Of a stretch of DNA of 64,000 bases, positions 27,856-41,048 are shown piece by piece; positions within the stretch are counted from its first letter, which is position 1, and the number at the start of each line of letters is the position of its first letter. The DNA is from Octopus bimaculoides (Eukaryota). The notes below the pieces were generated by a model. The model saw only the letters and a list, made by a program, of their open reading frames with translations. It did not search any database and was not told where the DNA came from. Location: the NCBI RefSeq assembly GCF_001194135.2, contig NC_068983.1, positions 54,386,967 through 54,450,966 on the forward strand, given 5' to 3'. The position numbers and the translations under genes are program-made.

Positions 27856-27863
27856 TATGTATA

Positions 27864-28016
27864 TCATCATCATCATCATCGTTTAACGTCCGCTTTCCAT
27901 GCTAGCATGGGTTGGACGACTTGACTGAGGACTGGTGAAACCGGATGGCAACACCAGGTTCCAATCTAAATTTGGCAGAGTTTCTACAGCTGGATGCCCT
28001 TCCTAACTCCAACCAC
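27864..28016 (-). mobile_element. RTE 3'-end fragment with (ATC)n tail
   Basis: CATCATCATCGTTTAACGTCCGCTTTCCATGCTAGCATGGG... is the reverse complement of the family tail. Confidence 0.8.
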
Positions 28017-28043
28017 ATATATACCTATAGATGTATATATATG

Positions 28044-28078
<35 letters not shown>

Positions 28079-28359
28079 GTGTGTGTGTATACATACATGC
28101 ATATATGCACACACAAATATGGTTATAATAGATGAACAAAAATGTACTCAAAACCATAGAAGTGTGTGGGAATTTATTCTGATTGATCCAGTAGCCTGTT
28201 GAACTGGAATTTCCACAACATGCAATCGGTTCTTCAGACAGGAGACACAAGCATACATAAATACACACACAGATAAACCATACATACACAACCAATCGAA
28301 CTTTCATACACACACAAACATACACCAGAGTATACAAACGCATTTTGAGCAAATGTGTG

Positions 28360-28419
<60 letters not shown>

Positions 28420-28732
28420 TAAAGGTGCAATAGCCTCATGAATAAGGTACTGCACTACCTGAACTGAGATTTATAATTCAAATCAATCTGATGCATATGT
28501 TTCAATGTGATTCGGCAAACAACAGTTCCTTGTTCTGTTTTACTTTGTTTTGTGTTGTTTTGTTTTCCATTATGTTTGTATTTCTTCAGCTCTTCTAGTT
28601 GTTGGTAATAGGTACAGACCATATGGAACATTGCCTTGCAAGCACCAACATTTTATCTGGTGATCAAATACATATCTCCTATCTTATCGCCACAAAATCA
28701 GAAACAAGCAACAGCTCACAAGGCATTTGCAT

Positions 28733-28770
<38 letters not shown>

Positions 28771-28804
28771 CATATATATATATATATACACCCTCACACA
28801 TGCA

Positions 28805-28866
<62 letters not shown>

Positions 28867-29089
28867 TATATGTATGTATGCTTGCATAACATGGAAATGT
28901 ATTTAGAGAGGCATGGAAGCATGTATGCAAATAAACAAAGATAAACATATATGTATGCATATTTGTGTGTCTAAACTTATGTTGCACAATGCACTTAGTC
29001 ACATGTGCACATAAGCACATTTAGTAATGCTTGGAAGAAGAGAAAAGGAAAAACATTGCAGGATATGATACACATTTCAAGAATAGTGC

Positions 29090-29090
29090 T

Positions 29091-29125
<35 letters not shown>

Positions 29126-29156
29126 TAATAATAATAATGATAGTAATAATAATAAT
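29090..29156. repeat. (AAT)n microsatellite
   Basis: Seen directly; a similar array lies at 53101-53150. Numerous (TA)n, (CA)n, (GA)n and (GATA)n arrays elsewhere are not listed individually. Confidence 0.9.
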
Positions 29157-29844
29157 GAACCCGCTGCCAGAAATTGAACTCCATATCTTTTTAGCTTAGC
29201 AGACAAAACAAGCAAATGTTTATGCAATTTTTTGTATATGATGTTGTTGATAGTATATGATTATGTTTGTATATGTGTTTTATATTTTCTCTGCAGTAAC
29301 TGCAGTGAATTTGCCTTTAAAAGTTAAAATATGTCACAAACATATTTTAATTAACCTAAGTTTTATATATATATATTGAAGAGGTTTCATAAAAAAAAAT
29401 TCCACACGGTAAACTTTATTGAAAAATATAAAAAGAAGGAAAATGCATAAAAATTTTGTTTTTGTTCAAAAGATATGTATAACTTGACTGGTTTCGCTTA
29501 TGCCAATCATAACTAAGTGATTAGTGATACTGTTATTATTTCATGCTATTATATGTTTTCATTCCATGTTAAGTAGGTGGAAGGATATTTTGTAAGATAT
29601 AGGTGTGCGCAAGCACACACACACACACACATATATATATGTATACGTATATATGAATAAAAGAATGAATGTGTGTATGTATGTACACACACACACACAC
29701 ATTACACATGCATATATGTGTATGTATATCTAAACATTATGTCTGGCTAGAGTCAAAGTAATACACTTACAGTGTTGATGACACCTACTGAGATGGAAAT
29801 ATGTTCACAGATATCCTTGTCCTTCTTTCTGATGGCCACACCTT

Positions 29845-30325
29845 TTTATATTGTTGCGAAGACCTGTTGAGGCAATCGAAATCGAATTAAATTCGACAAC
29901 TGGCACCCATGCCAACGTTGTCTCCTTCATTGGAAATGAAACTCAGCTTGCAAAGACCTATTGGGGCAAGCGAAAGCGAAACCATCAATGGCACCTGTGC
30001 CCAGCATCGCCTTCCTGGCATGTGTACAGACATTCGAGCGAGATCGTTGCCAGTGCCACTGAACTGGCTCCTGTGCAGGTGGCACGTAAAATACACCATT
30101 TTGAGCATGGCTGTTGCCAGTACCAGTTGACTGGACTTCGTGCCGGTGGCACGTAAAAGCACCTACTACACTCTTGGAGTGGTTGGCGTTAGGAAGGGCA
30201 TCTAGCTGTAGAAACTCTGCCAGATCAGATTGGAGCCTGGTGCAGCCATCTGGTTTCACCAGTCCTCAGTCAAATCGTCCAACCCATGCTAGCATGGAAA
30301 GCGGACGTTAAACGACGATGATGTT
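29845..30325 (+). mobile_element. Longer RTE 3' UTR fragment
   Basis: Same modules and tail plus about 150 bp of extra upstream sequence. Confidence 0.8.
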
Positions 30326-30754
30326 GAGGATTTGATTACAATTGCTACTGGGTGTTTGTTTACCTTTCTCTCAAAGCAAAGGTATATTAGTAAATCAAGG
30401 CTTTATCCCATACATTTAGTATACATTTGTTTTCTGCTGCCCAAATTCATGCCACTGGCCACACAAGGTTATTTCTTCAAGGACATTTTTATTTTAATGA
30501 TATATATATATATCTTTTAGTGCGACTGGTTTTGTTATACGGCACCATGTTTTACAATCCTGTAAATAATAATAATGGTATTTAGATAAGTTTAAAGCTT
30601 ATGGCAATGACCGTGCAATGACCAAGGAAAATAGTCTAATAAAGGGACATATATGTCCTTTTATTAGACTATTTTCTTTAGTCTTTGCATGGTGATCACC
30701 ATAAGCTTTGAACTTATATAAATACCATTATTGATATATATATATATCATATTC

Positions 30755-30897
30755 TGGTGTTAGGAAGGGCATCCTGCTGTAGAAATTCTACCAAATTTAG
30801 ATTGGAGCCTGGTGTTGCCATCCGGTTTCACCAGTCCTCAGTCAAATCGTCCAACCCATGCTAGCATGGAAAGCGGACGTTAAACGATGATGATGAT
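30755..30897 (+). mobile_element. RTE 3'-end fragment
   Basis: TTAGGAAGGGCATCC...GCGGACGTTAAACGATGATGATGAT. Confidence 0.8.
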
Positions 30898-32003
30898 ATA
30901 TATATATATATATATATATATGTATAATGGAATCTCCCATCGAAGGTGACAAAAAAAAAATCCAACCAGGACACAAATCCAACCAAGATACACAAAAAAA
31001 GACCCAACCAGGAATCATATATATAGTTTTCTATAATGAGATTGCAAATTTTATCGTGTCAGAAACTAACAATCATTATGGTTCTTGTACTTATATATAA
31101 AAGTGAAAGTATAAAAATTACCCTTAGAAAAAGAAAAAAATTGTTTTTTTTATTGTTTTGTTTGTTTGGTTGTTGTTGATGTTTTTTGTCCATTTGGCAC
31201 ATACAACCCTTTCATGCTACCCTTTCCTGCCATTTAAAGGTTAAGAAGATTGCTTCCCAATCAAGTAGTTTGGGGTTCAGTCCCACTACATGGCACCTAG
31301 GACAAATGTCATACTATAACCCTGGGTCAACCAAAGCTTTGTGAGTAGATTTGGTAGAGAAAAATTGATCATCAAAGATGCTCATCATGTGTGTGTGTGT
31401 GTGTGTGTGTGAGAAAGAGAGAGAGATTGTATTTTCCTTATGTTTGATGGTTTGTAAACAATGGCATCCTCAGAGTCATTTGTAGTCCACCACAAAAGCA
31501 TGTACTTGCAAGCAAGACTTACAAGGGGTTTTCACAGGGCTGCTCTTCTTGAGACCCCAAAGCAGTCTTGTTCTGTCAAACTATATTGCTCCAAAAATCC
31601 TGCATGAAAATGCAGTAGTGAGTATGTGGAGCACTCAGCCACTTGCACATTAATTTCATGAGCAGGCTATTTGATTGATTGGATCAACTGGAACCCCCGT
31701 TGTCATAAATGACTGAGTGCCAGTTCTTGCTAGGGAGGATGCCCGTTTGACTTGGTATACTTATATTCTTTTATGTGCTTCAGTCCCAAAACTGTGGCCA
31801 TGCTGGGGCACCACCAGAGTACATTTCATTGTTTGTTGTCCGCTGGGTTGGATAGTTTAGTAAATGTAGAAGTAAAGACATGTTTAGAAGCCAGATGAAG
31901 TTTTAACTGATCTGCACAAGTATTAAGTATTTGCACCAATTTTCAGCTTAGCTCACCCAACCAAAACAAGAGGAATAATCTACTTTGCCTCAGACATTAT
32001 GTT

Positions 32004-32070
<67 letters not shown>

Positions 32071-32264
32071 GCGCGTGTGTGTGCGTGTGTGTGTGTGTGT
32101 GTGTGCATGCACTCAACAGCCTACTGGTTTTAAACATTCCTCATTAAAACAAGCCATCTATCAATCTATCTAAAGAGATACATACATGCATACATGTATA
32201 TACACACATGCTCATAGATATTCACACGTACATAAATGTATTGTAGAAGTACATATATATATAT

Positions 32265-32605
32265 ATTCTTTTACTTGTTTCAGTCATTTTAACTGGCCAT
32301 GCTGGAGCACTGCCTTTAGTCGAGAAAATCGATCCCAGGACTTATTCTTTGTAAGCCTAGTACTTATTCTATCAATTTTGTTTGCTGAACTGCCAAGTTA
32401 CGGGGATGTAAACATACCAGCATCAGTTGTCACACACACATACACACACATATATATATATACAACAGGCTTCTTTCAGTTTCCATCTATCAAATCCACT
32501 CACAAGACTTTGGTTGGCCTGAGGCTAAAGTAGAAGATACTTGCCCAAGGTGCCACACAGTGAGATGAACCCAGAGCCATGTGGTTGGTAAGCAAGCTAC
32601 TTACC
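32265..32605 (-). mobile_element. CORE-like SINE
   Basis: Reverse complement of the 16566 family from tail (CTTTTACTTGTTTCAGTC) to head. Confidence 0.8.
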
Positions 32606-32709
32606 TCACATCCACTCATATACACATACATATCTAGATACACACACACATGTATTTATACATATGCACACATATATTATATATATATATTATATATAAA
32701 AATACACAC

Positions 32710-32767
<58 letters not shown>

Positions 32768-33723
32768 NNNNNNNNNNNNNNNNNNNNNNNNNNNNNNNNN
32801 NNNNNNNNNNNNNNNNNNNNNNNNNNNNNNNNNNNNNNNNNNNNNNNNNNNNNNNNNNNNNNNNNNNNNNNNNNNNNNNNNNNNNNNNNNNNNNNNNNNN
32901 NNNNNNNNNNNNNNNNNNNNNNNNNNNNNNNNNNNNNNNNNNNNNNNNNNNNNNNNNNNNNNNNNNNNNNNNNNNNNNNNNNNNNNNNNNNNNNNNNNNN
33001 NNNNNNNNNNNNNNNNNNNNNNNNNNNNNNNNNNNNNNNNNNNNNNNNNNNNNNNNNNNNNNNNNNNNNNNNNNNNNNNNNNNNNNNNNNNNNNNNNNNN
33101 NNNNNNNNNNNNNNNNNNNNNNNNNNNNNNNNNNNNNNNNNNNNNNNNNNNNNNNNNNNNNNNNNNNNNNNNNNNNNNNNNNNNNNNNNNNNNNNNNNNN
33201 NNNNNNNNNNNNNNNNNNNNNNNNNNNNNNNNNNNNNNNNNNNNNNNNNNNNNNNNNNNNNNNNNNNNNNNNNNNNNNNNNNNNNNNNNNNNNNNNNNNN
33301 NNNNNNNNNNNNNNNNNNNNNNNNNNNNNNNNNNNNNNNNNNNNNNNNNNNNNNNNNNNNNNNNNNNNNNNNNNNNNNNNNNNNNNNNNNNNNNNNNNNN
33401 NNNNNNNNNNNNNNNNNNNNNNNNNNNNNNNNNNNNNNNNNNNNNNNNNNNNNNNNNNNNNNNNNNNNNNNNNNNNNNNNNNNNNNNNNNNNNNNNNNNN
33501 NNNNNNNNNNNNNNNNNNNNNNNNNNNNNNNNNNNNNNNNNNNNNNNNNNNNNNNNNNNNNNNNNNNNNNNNNNNNNNNNNNNNNNNNNNNNNNNNNNNN
33601 NNNNNNNNNNNNNNNNNNNNNNNNNNNNNNNNNNNNNNNNNNNNNNNNNNNNNNNNNNNNNNNNNNNNNNNNNNNNNNNNNNNNNNNNNNNNNNNNNNNN
33701 NNNNNNNNNNNNNNNNNNNNNNG

Positions 33724-34003
33724 CACAAGAGCCAGTCCAGGCGCCCTGGCAACGATCTCACTTGGCTTGCCGGGTCTTCTCACGCACAGCACATTTCCAA
33801 AGGTCTCGGTCAGTAGTCATCGCCTCGGTGAGGCCCAATGTTCGAAGGTCTTGCCTCACCACCTCAGCCCAGGTCTTCTTGGGCCTACCTCTTCCACGGG
33901 TTCCCTCAACTGTTAGGGAGTGGCACTTTTTCACGCAGCTATCCTCATTCATTCTCACCACATGTCCAAACCAGCGCAATCGTCTCTCTTGCACACCACT
34001 ACT
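33724..34003 (-). mobile_element. 5'-truncated RTE-clade LINE: C-terminal ORF end plus start of 3' UTR
   Basis: Translation ERRLRWFGHVVRMNEDSCVKKCHSLTVEGTRGRGRPKKTW...DRDLWK is the classic RTE C-terminus. The following UTR (GAGATCGTTGCCAG...GACTGGCTC) matches the dispersed repeats at 295, 21490 and 29845. It runs into an assembly gap. Confidence 0.9.
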
Positions 34004-34382
34004 GACATATATATATAGATATATATATACACGCACACACACACACACACACAAACATATATATGTATGTGCTTAGACACAAAATTATACATACCTCTCC
34101 ATGCTCTCTCTATACACATTCACATACATACACACACACACACAAGTATATGTACATGGACATATCTTTTTTTAATCTTTTCTTTTGCTTGTTTCAGTCA
34201 TGAGACTTCAACCATGCTGGAGCACTGCCTCAAAGAATCTACCCCAGTACTTTTTTTCTGTTCTTTTTAAGTCTAGTACTTCAGTTCCATCATGTGGCAA
34301 CTTGGGTAAGTGTCTTCTAGTATAGCCTCAGGCTGACCAAAGCATTACGAGTAGATTTGGTAAATGGAAACTGAAAGAAGCC

Positions 34383-34466
<84 letters not shown>

Positions 34467-35430
34467 TAACTGGTGTTGGTGTATTTATGTCTTTGTAACT
34501 TAGCAGTTCAGCAAGAGAATCCAATAGAGTAAGTACTAGGCTTTAAAGAAAAAAAAAAATTCTGGGGCTCAATTCTTTTGATTAAATTTCTTCAAGGCAG
34601 TGCCCCAGCATGGTCACAGTCTAATAACTGAAACAAGTAAAGAGATTTAAAAAAATAAAAATGCACATATGACACACTTCTGTCAGTTATTTTCTGCCTA
34701 CCAAATCCACTCACAAGACACTCATCCAAAGCACCACACAATGGGATTGAACCTGAAACCATGTGGTTGGTAGGCAAACTTCTTACTCCACAGTCATGCC
34801 TCTGTGCGTGTGTGTGTGTGTGTATGTGTGTGTGCGCGTGCATGCGTGTGTGTGCATGCGTGTATGTATGTGTGTGCAGACAATCTGTTTTGAGATTCCT
34901 ATGGAAAACCTAAACATGTATTGCATTGCTATGAATTCTATTGCTTGTATCTTCACACTTGATCAAAAGTAGCAGTGGCATCTTCACTTCACCAGATTAC
35001 TTAGAATGAAACTAAAGTTCAAGAAGCACATTGCTTTGAGATAATGGATAATAAGTTTAAATGGAATCGCAGGTGGCATTAGACCGACTCGAGGCAGAGA
35101 ACTACAGCAATGTTTTTGAAGTATAGAAGACATGTTAAGAAACACGAAGTACATTCTGAAGACGACTATTTTGATGGGAATGGTGCTTAAATGTAAATAA
35201 TATGAATTACATTATTTAACAAAACGCTTGTGGGGTTTTATTTGTTTTTGTTTATTATTTAGGTTTGGTCCAGATAGAAGAGGTTCCGGAGAGATGCTGG
35301 AGGATACAGCAACCCAAATACATTGTAACTATAGCAACCAGGGTGAGGGCACTGGTTCAATCCATATATATATCAGTGTTTACATAATGAAAATTTCTCA
35401 TCCCTGAAATTCAAATCAAAAGGTTATATA

Positions 35431-36133
35431 CAGGGTGGCCATAAAGTCACGCACCATTCAGCAATATGTGAAATTGCTAACATTCTCTTTTCTTTATTTC
35501 TTTTCACAACTGCTGATATTACTCACAAATCAATCCTCATTGGATGGAGGCAGATAATCAACAAGACGGGGGTAAGGTAATGGTGTGGTGTGGGATTTGG
35601 CACAATCAAGTAATTGGACCATTTTATTTTGAGCACTCTGTGACAGGTGATCCGTACCTAGACATGCTTTCCAACAAGATGATGCTTCATGTGCATTCAC
35701 TTGGAAGAGGAAATCCTGTCTGGTTTCAGCAGGATGGGGCTCCACTCCATTATGCCTTACAGGTTCATGATTTTCTGAATGACCATTTTCCAGGGAGATG
35801 GCTCAGGCAACATGGGCCAATTAAATGGGCACCACAGTCACTAGATTTAACTCCCATGAACTTTTTTTTCTGAAGCTACATTATATCCCTTGTGTATTCT
35901 GAAAAGATTCATGACCAAGGACATTTTTATTCACAGAATTGTTGAAGCATGTGAACAAGTCAACAGCAACGAAGAGTTATTTGACTGGGTTCATACAGAA
36001 TTTCAAATTCTGTATGAACACTTGTTTACAGCTACATGGCCATCACTTTGAACATCTGCAATGGATTACCTACTTCAATGCTAATAAAGCATACTCGATA
36101 TCTTTCATGGTGCATGACTTTGTGGCCACTCTG
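35431..36133 (+). mobile_element. Internally deleted Tc1/mariner-superfamily transposon, DD41D (rosa/Visitor) type, with transposase pseudogene fragment
   Basis: 26-bp TIRs CAGGGTGGCCATAAAGTCACGCACCA / revcomp CAGAGTGGCCACAAAGTCATGCACCA (3 mismatches), TA on both sides. ORF 35544-35873 has KVMVWCGI, WFQQDGAPLHYA and WAPQSLDLTPMN; 41 residues separate the QDGA Asp from the third catalytic position (here Asn). A downstream frameshifted segment ends GHHFEHL. The N-terminal HTH and first Asp are missing. Confidence 0.9.
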
Positions 36134-36289
36134 TATGTCCACTAAACTGGCAAAATGATTAATTCTGCAATGGACTAGCGTCCTATCCAGGGAGGGTAAT
36201 ATATACACCACATAATCAGAATCTGGGAAACTGGCCTTATGAACCTATGGGTTGGAGAGGATCTTTGATCCCTTATATAATATATATAG

Positions 36290-36480
36290 GGAGAATTCAC
36301 AAAAAAAAACCCAAAAGACAAAGACAGGTGGTGTAGAAAACAAATAGATGTATTAGTATAATGCTCAGGAAGTGAAAAAGTCTTTAACATTTTGAGCCTA
36401 CGCTCTTCCACAGAAAGGAACACAAAAAGAAACAATGAGAGAAACACGGAGAGAAAAAAAAGAATGTGTAGTGGCTAGCG
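36290..36480 (-). mobile_element. Dispersed pLTR-like repeat (partial second copy at about 49500-49545)
   Basis: CAAAAGAC.AAGACAGGTG is shared by both loci; the minus strand has CTGTGGA-A-GAGC-GTAG-GCTC-AAAAT, a decayed hammerhead-like core. Confidence 0.4.
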
Positions 36481-36942
36481 ATCTATATATACATACATAT
36501 ATCATCAATATCATTGTTTTAATGATTACTTCTCCATGTCTGCATGGATCAGATAGGATTCCTTAAGACAGATATTCTATAATTAGATGGTCTTCCTGCT
36601 ACTAACCCTCACTTGTTTCTAACTAAGGTAGTATTTGCCCTTGGCTGGACATGGTTTCACAAAAGATTGGAAATGAACAACACTGCCTGTATGACAATGA
36701 CACTCGTTTACAACTCTCACATGATGCCAAAACAGAGAAACAGAAACACACACACACACACACAAACACGATTATATAAATATTTTGTGCTTCTGTCAAT
36801 TTTTATACCTAGTAAACCTACTCACAAACATTAGATCGGCTCAGGGCTATATTTGAAAATACTGGCTAAAAACACATGGATGGAAAACAAAGTTGTTAAC
36901 CACACAGGCAAGCCTTCCCTATGTATGTATGTATCTATCTAT

Positions 36943-36986
<44 letters not shown>

Positions 36987-36987
36987 C

Positions 36988-37175
36988 ATCAAAATAAGCA
37001 ACAAGGATATCCAGAGGTAACGTAGTACAATCGATTAATTAAATTGTACGTCTTTGTGCAGCTGAGGATTGCTCTGCATTTAAATTGATGTAATGGTTAC
37101 ATTGTTCAATCAAATGGAGTTGCATGAAACGATTGTACAGCATTACCTCTGGATATCCTTGTTGCTTATTTTGAT
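36988..37175. repeat. 188-bp element with about 46-bp terminal inverted repeats
   Basis: ATCAAAATAAGCAACAAGGATATCCAGAGGTAA (33 bp) matches perfectly in inverted orientation, then GTACAATCG matches after a short mismatch block; no TSD identified. Confidence 0.75.
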
Positions 37176-37381
37176 TCTAATCACCTTATTTTGAAATTGT
37201 ATGGATAAAAAAAAAAAAAAAANNNNNNNNNNNNNNNNNNNNNNNNNNNNNNNNNNNNNNNNNNNNNNNNNNNNNNNNNNNNNNNNNNNNNNNNNNNNNN
37301 NNNNNNNNNNNNNNNNNNNNNNNNNNNNNNNNNNNNNNNNNNNNNNNNNNNNNNNNNNNNNNNNNNNNNNNNNNNNNNNNN

Positions 37382-37415
<34 letters not shown>

Positions 37416-37416
37416 C

Positions 37417-37454
<38 letters not shown>

Positions 37455-37810
37455 GTGTAAGGAGAGAGAAAGAGATTGTTTGAAGTGGTGTACAAATTTT
37501 ATATAAGAAAAAGAAGGTACTTTGGATAATTATTTATTTAGTTCATCTCATTTTGGAGATTCATCAGGAATGATATTTTTACAGAAAATTTATGCCTATT
37601 ATATATATATAAGTTTGGACAAATCTAGAGTTGAATTGGGAAGAGAATGTTCTTTTGTTATTTGGAATCTATATGTGTATGTGTATATATATGTGTCTGT
37701 AAGTATATGTGGTGAATTTTGGGAGGTTTGGTTAAGGGGATAAAAAATAAAAAAAATAAAGACAGGATGAAAGAAAAATGGAATGAAAGAAAGAAAAGAG
37801 TACACACACG

Positions 37811-37858
<48 letters not shown>

Positions 37859-38291
37859 CACACACAAAGTGCATAAAATATATATTGTACATATAAGTGT
37901 CAATGTATTAATGATCTACAGTTAACAACTGTGTTAGGTTGATTCTTCCTGAGTATTACATTAAGGGTACACATGCCTGGAGAATATTCACCCATCTACA
38001 TGCTAATCCAATGAGAAGGTGATTCAAACAACTGAATCTTCATCATCGAAACTATTGGAGATTCATTTTTTCGCACTTGTGCGTGCGTTGTTTTTGTTGT
38101 TGTGGTGGTTTAGGCCAGGTCAGCATTGACAGAGGGCGTCTATGAACAAAAGCATTTATCAACTTGTCTTATAAATACAGACATAGATAGATAGATAGAT
38201 AGACAGACAGATAAATAGTCAGACAGATAGACAGACAGACGGACAGACAGACAAGCAGTCAGTCAGACTGACTGATAGATAGATGATAGAC

Positions 38292-38363
<72 letters not shown>

Positions 38364-39276
38364 NNNNNNNNNNNNNNNNNNNNNNNNNNNNNNNNNNNNN
38401 NNNNNNNNNNNNNNNNNNNNNNNNNNNNNNNNNNNNNNNNNNNNNNNNNNNNNNNNNNNNNNNNNNNNNNNNNNNNNNNNNNNNNNNNNNNNNNNNNNNN
38501 NNNNNNNNNNNNNNNNNNNNNNNNNNNNNNNNNNNNNNNNNNNNNNNNNNNNNNNNNNNNNNNNNNNNNNNNNNNNNNNNNNNNNNNNNNNNNNNNNNNN
38601 NNNNNNNNNNNNNNNNNNNNNNNNNNNNNNNNNNNNNNNNNNNNNNNNNNNNNNNNNNNNNNNNNNNNNNNNNNNNNNNNNNNNNNNNNNNNNNNNNNNN
38701 NNNNNNNNNNNNNNNNNNNNNNNNNNNNNNNNNNNNNNNNNNNNNNNNNNNNNNNNNNNNNNNNNNNNNNNNNNNNNNNNNNNNNNNNNNNNNNNNNNNN
38801 NNNNNNNNNNNNNNNNNNNNNNNNNNNNNNNNNNNNNNNNNNNNNNNNNNNNNNNNNNNNNNNNNNNNNNNNNNNNNNNNNNNNNNNNNNNNNNNNNNNN
38901 NNNNNNNNNNNNNNNNNNNNNNNNNNNNNNNNNNNNNNNNNNNNNNNNNNNNNNNNNNNNNNNNNNNNNNNNNNNNNNNNNNNNNNNNNNNNNNNNNNNN
39001 NNNNNNNNNNNNNNNNNNNNNNNNNNNNNNNNNNNNNNNNNNNNNNNNNNNNNNNNNNNNNNNNNNNNNNNNNNNNNNNNNNNNNNNNNNNNNNNNNNNN
39101 NNNNNNNNNNNNNNNNNNNNNNNNNNNNNNNNNNNNNNNNNNNNNNNNNNNNNNNNNNNNNNNNNNNNNNNNNNNNNNNNNNNNNNNNNNNNNNNNNNNN
39201 NNNNNNNNNNNNNNNNNNNNNNNNNNNNNNNNNNNNNNNNNNNNNNNNNNNNNNNNNNNNNNNNNNNNNNNNNNNN

Positions 39277-39383
<107 letters not shown>

Positions 39384-40874
39384 ATGAAACTGTCCTATGT
39401 GTCAAAGATTACATTGTGAAATGTGTTCTGCCCTTTGTAATGCACTAAGGTGTGATTTGGAAGCAATATGGCTACTATTTCTACTTGGTTGAGTGACCTA
39501 TATATTTAAACTATTTTACTGGTTTAAGCCATTGGATTGTAGCCAAGCTAGGGTACCACCTTTGAGGATATAGTCAATCAAATTAACCCCACCATTTTAA
39601 AGTCTGGTATTTATTTTAACTCTATTTCTCCAACCACTAAGTTATGGGATTTATAAACAAACAAAGGACACACACACACACATGATGTGTTTATACAGAG
39701 CAGTGGGTCAACCATTTTTGATTCCTATTTTGTTCAGATCAACCCTCAGAACCATTAAATATTTAAAAAACTTATATTAAATTTTCATAATCAAATATTA
39801 TTAGGAACTGTATAAAGCAAATCGTTAAAGTATATATATATATATATATATATATAGGTCACTCAACCAAGTAGAAACAGATGCCATATCTCTTCAAAAT
39901 CACACCCTTACAAAGGGTAGGACATTTCACAATGTAATCTTTGACACATAGGACAGTTTCNNNNNNNNNNCAACAACTGTATATTTTAATTAACATACAC
40001 ACACAAGCATGTATGTATACATATGTGTGTGTATATGTCTATCTATTTATTTATCTATCTATCTATTGTCCATCTGTCTATCTATCTATTTGTCCGGCTG
40101 TCTGTCTGTCTATGTCTGTGTGTATAAGACAAGTTGATAAGTTGATTAGGCTGGAATGCTTTTGTTCATAGATGCCCTCTCTCAGTGCTGTCAATAACCA
40201 ATTTATTGCAGATAAATTTCAATAATATAATCTTACATGGACTCCTAAGGGTCAAATACACCTTGGTTGAGAACCATTGGTGAACAGTTTCCATTTACCA
40301 GTCGCTGGGAGGAGCTGAGATTGTAGAAGAAGCCCAAAGAACCATGCACTGTGACTGACCCCAAAGACCTCACGATTATGAAAAGCAAATTTAACTACAC
40401 GGCTATGTCTGTGTTTATATATATATGTATTATTTTGATATTTTTGGTTTAATTAAAGGAGAAAGGTTAATGAATCCGCCCATTTTACAAGAACTCTAAG
40501 AATGGTTGTGGAACCAGGTGAAAAAAAATATCACAACTTTTTAGTTGCTGTAACAGGGAGAAGTAAATCATGTGAAGTTATTTTCCAACCAGACACCTTG
40601 TACAATTACTTATAACAGAGTGGAGTTCTCTTAGTGTACCCAAGGCCAAGATGCTGGTGGTGAATAAATCTGGCAAACAATGGATTATATCTACTAGCCA
40701 CGGGCATCCTCACGATTTCCATCTTCCTCATATTACTCGGAATTATACCTACAACCATGGATAAAGTGCACCCCGTCAGGCGGGCAACCACGTGATTTCC
40801 ATCAACACAGTTTTACTCAGAAAGCTTGTAATAATCCAAGTCTGTGCAAGAAAACAAAGACACTTGTCCAGGCA

Positions 40875-41048
40875 CAGTAGCGTAGCTAGAGGCAGACGAA
40901 GAGGACGGTCTCGCCCCGGACGATGTGGGCGGCACTAATGGGTTACGTGCTTGTATAAGCTTGTATAGGTTTGGGGATCCCGGAAGCAGGGAGGACGGCA
41001 AACTCAAGGGTTACTCCGGGTGCCACACACACTCCAGCTACACCACAC
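40875..41048. mobile_element. Small GC-rich MITE-like element
   Basis: Imperfect TIRs CAGTAGCGTAGCTAGAG / CTCCAGCTACACCAC. Confidence 0.4.

Noticed and set aside
29851-30156. 101-aa ORF and similar ORFs at 209-515 and 21494-21694
   Set aside because: Chance frames in RTE 3' UTR repeats.
40250-40420. Minus-strand frame containing WFFGLLL, reminiscent of the TNF C-terminal FFG motif
   Set aside because: Context lacks other TNF strands, no acceptor is evident, and the frame runs into a MITE end.
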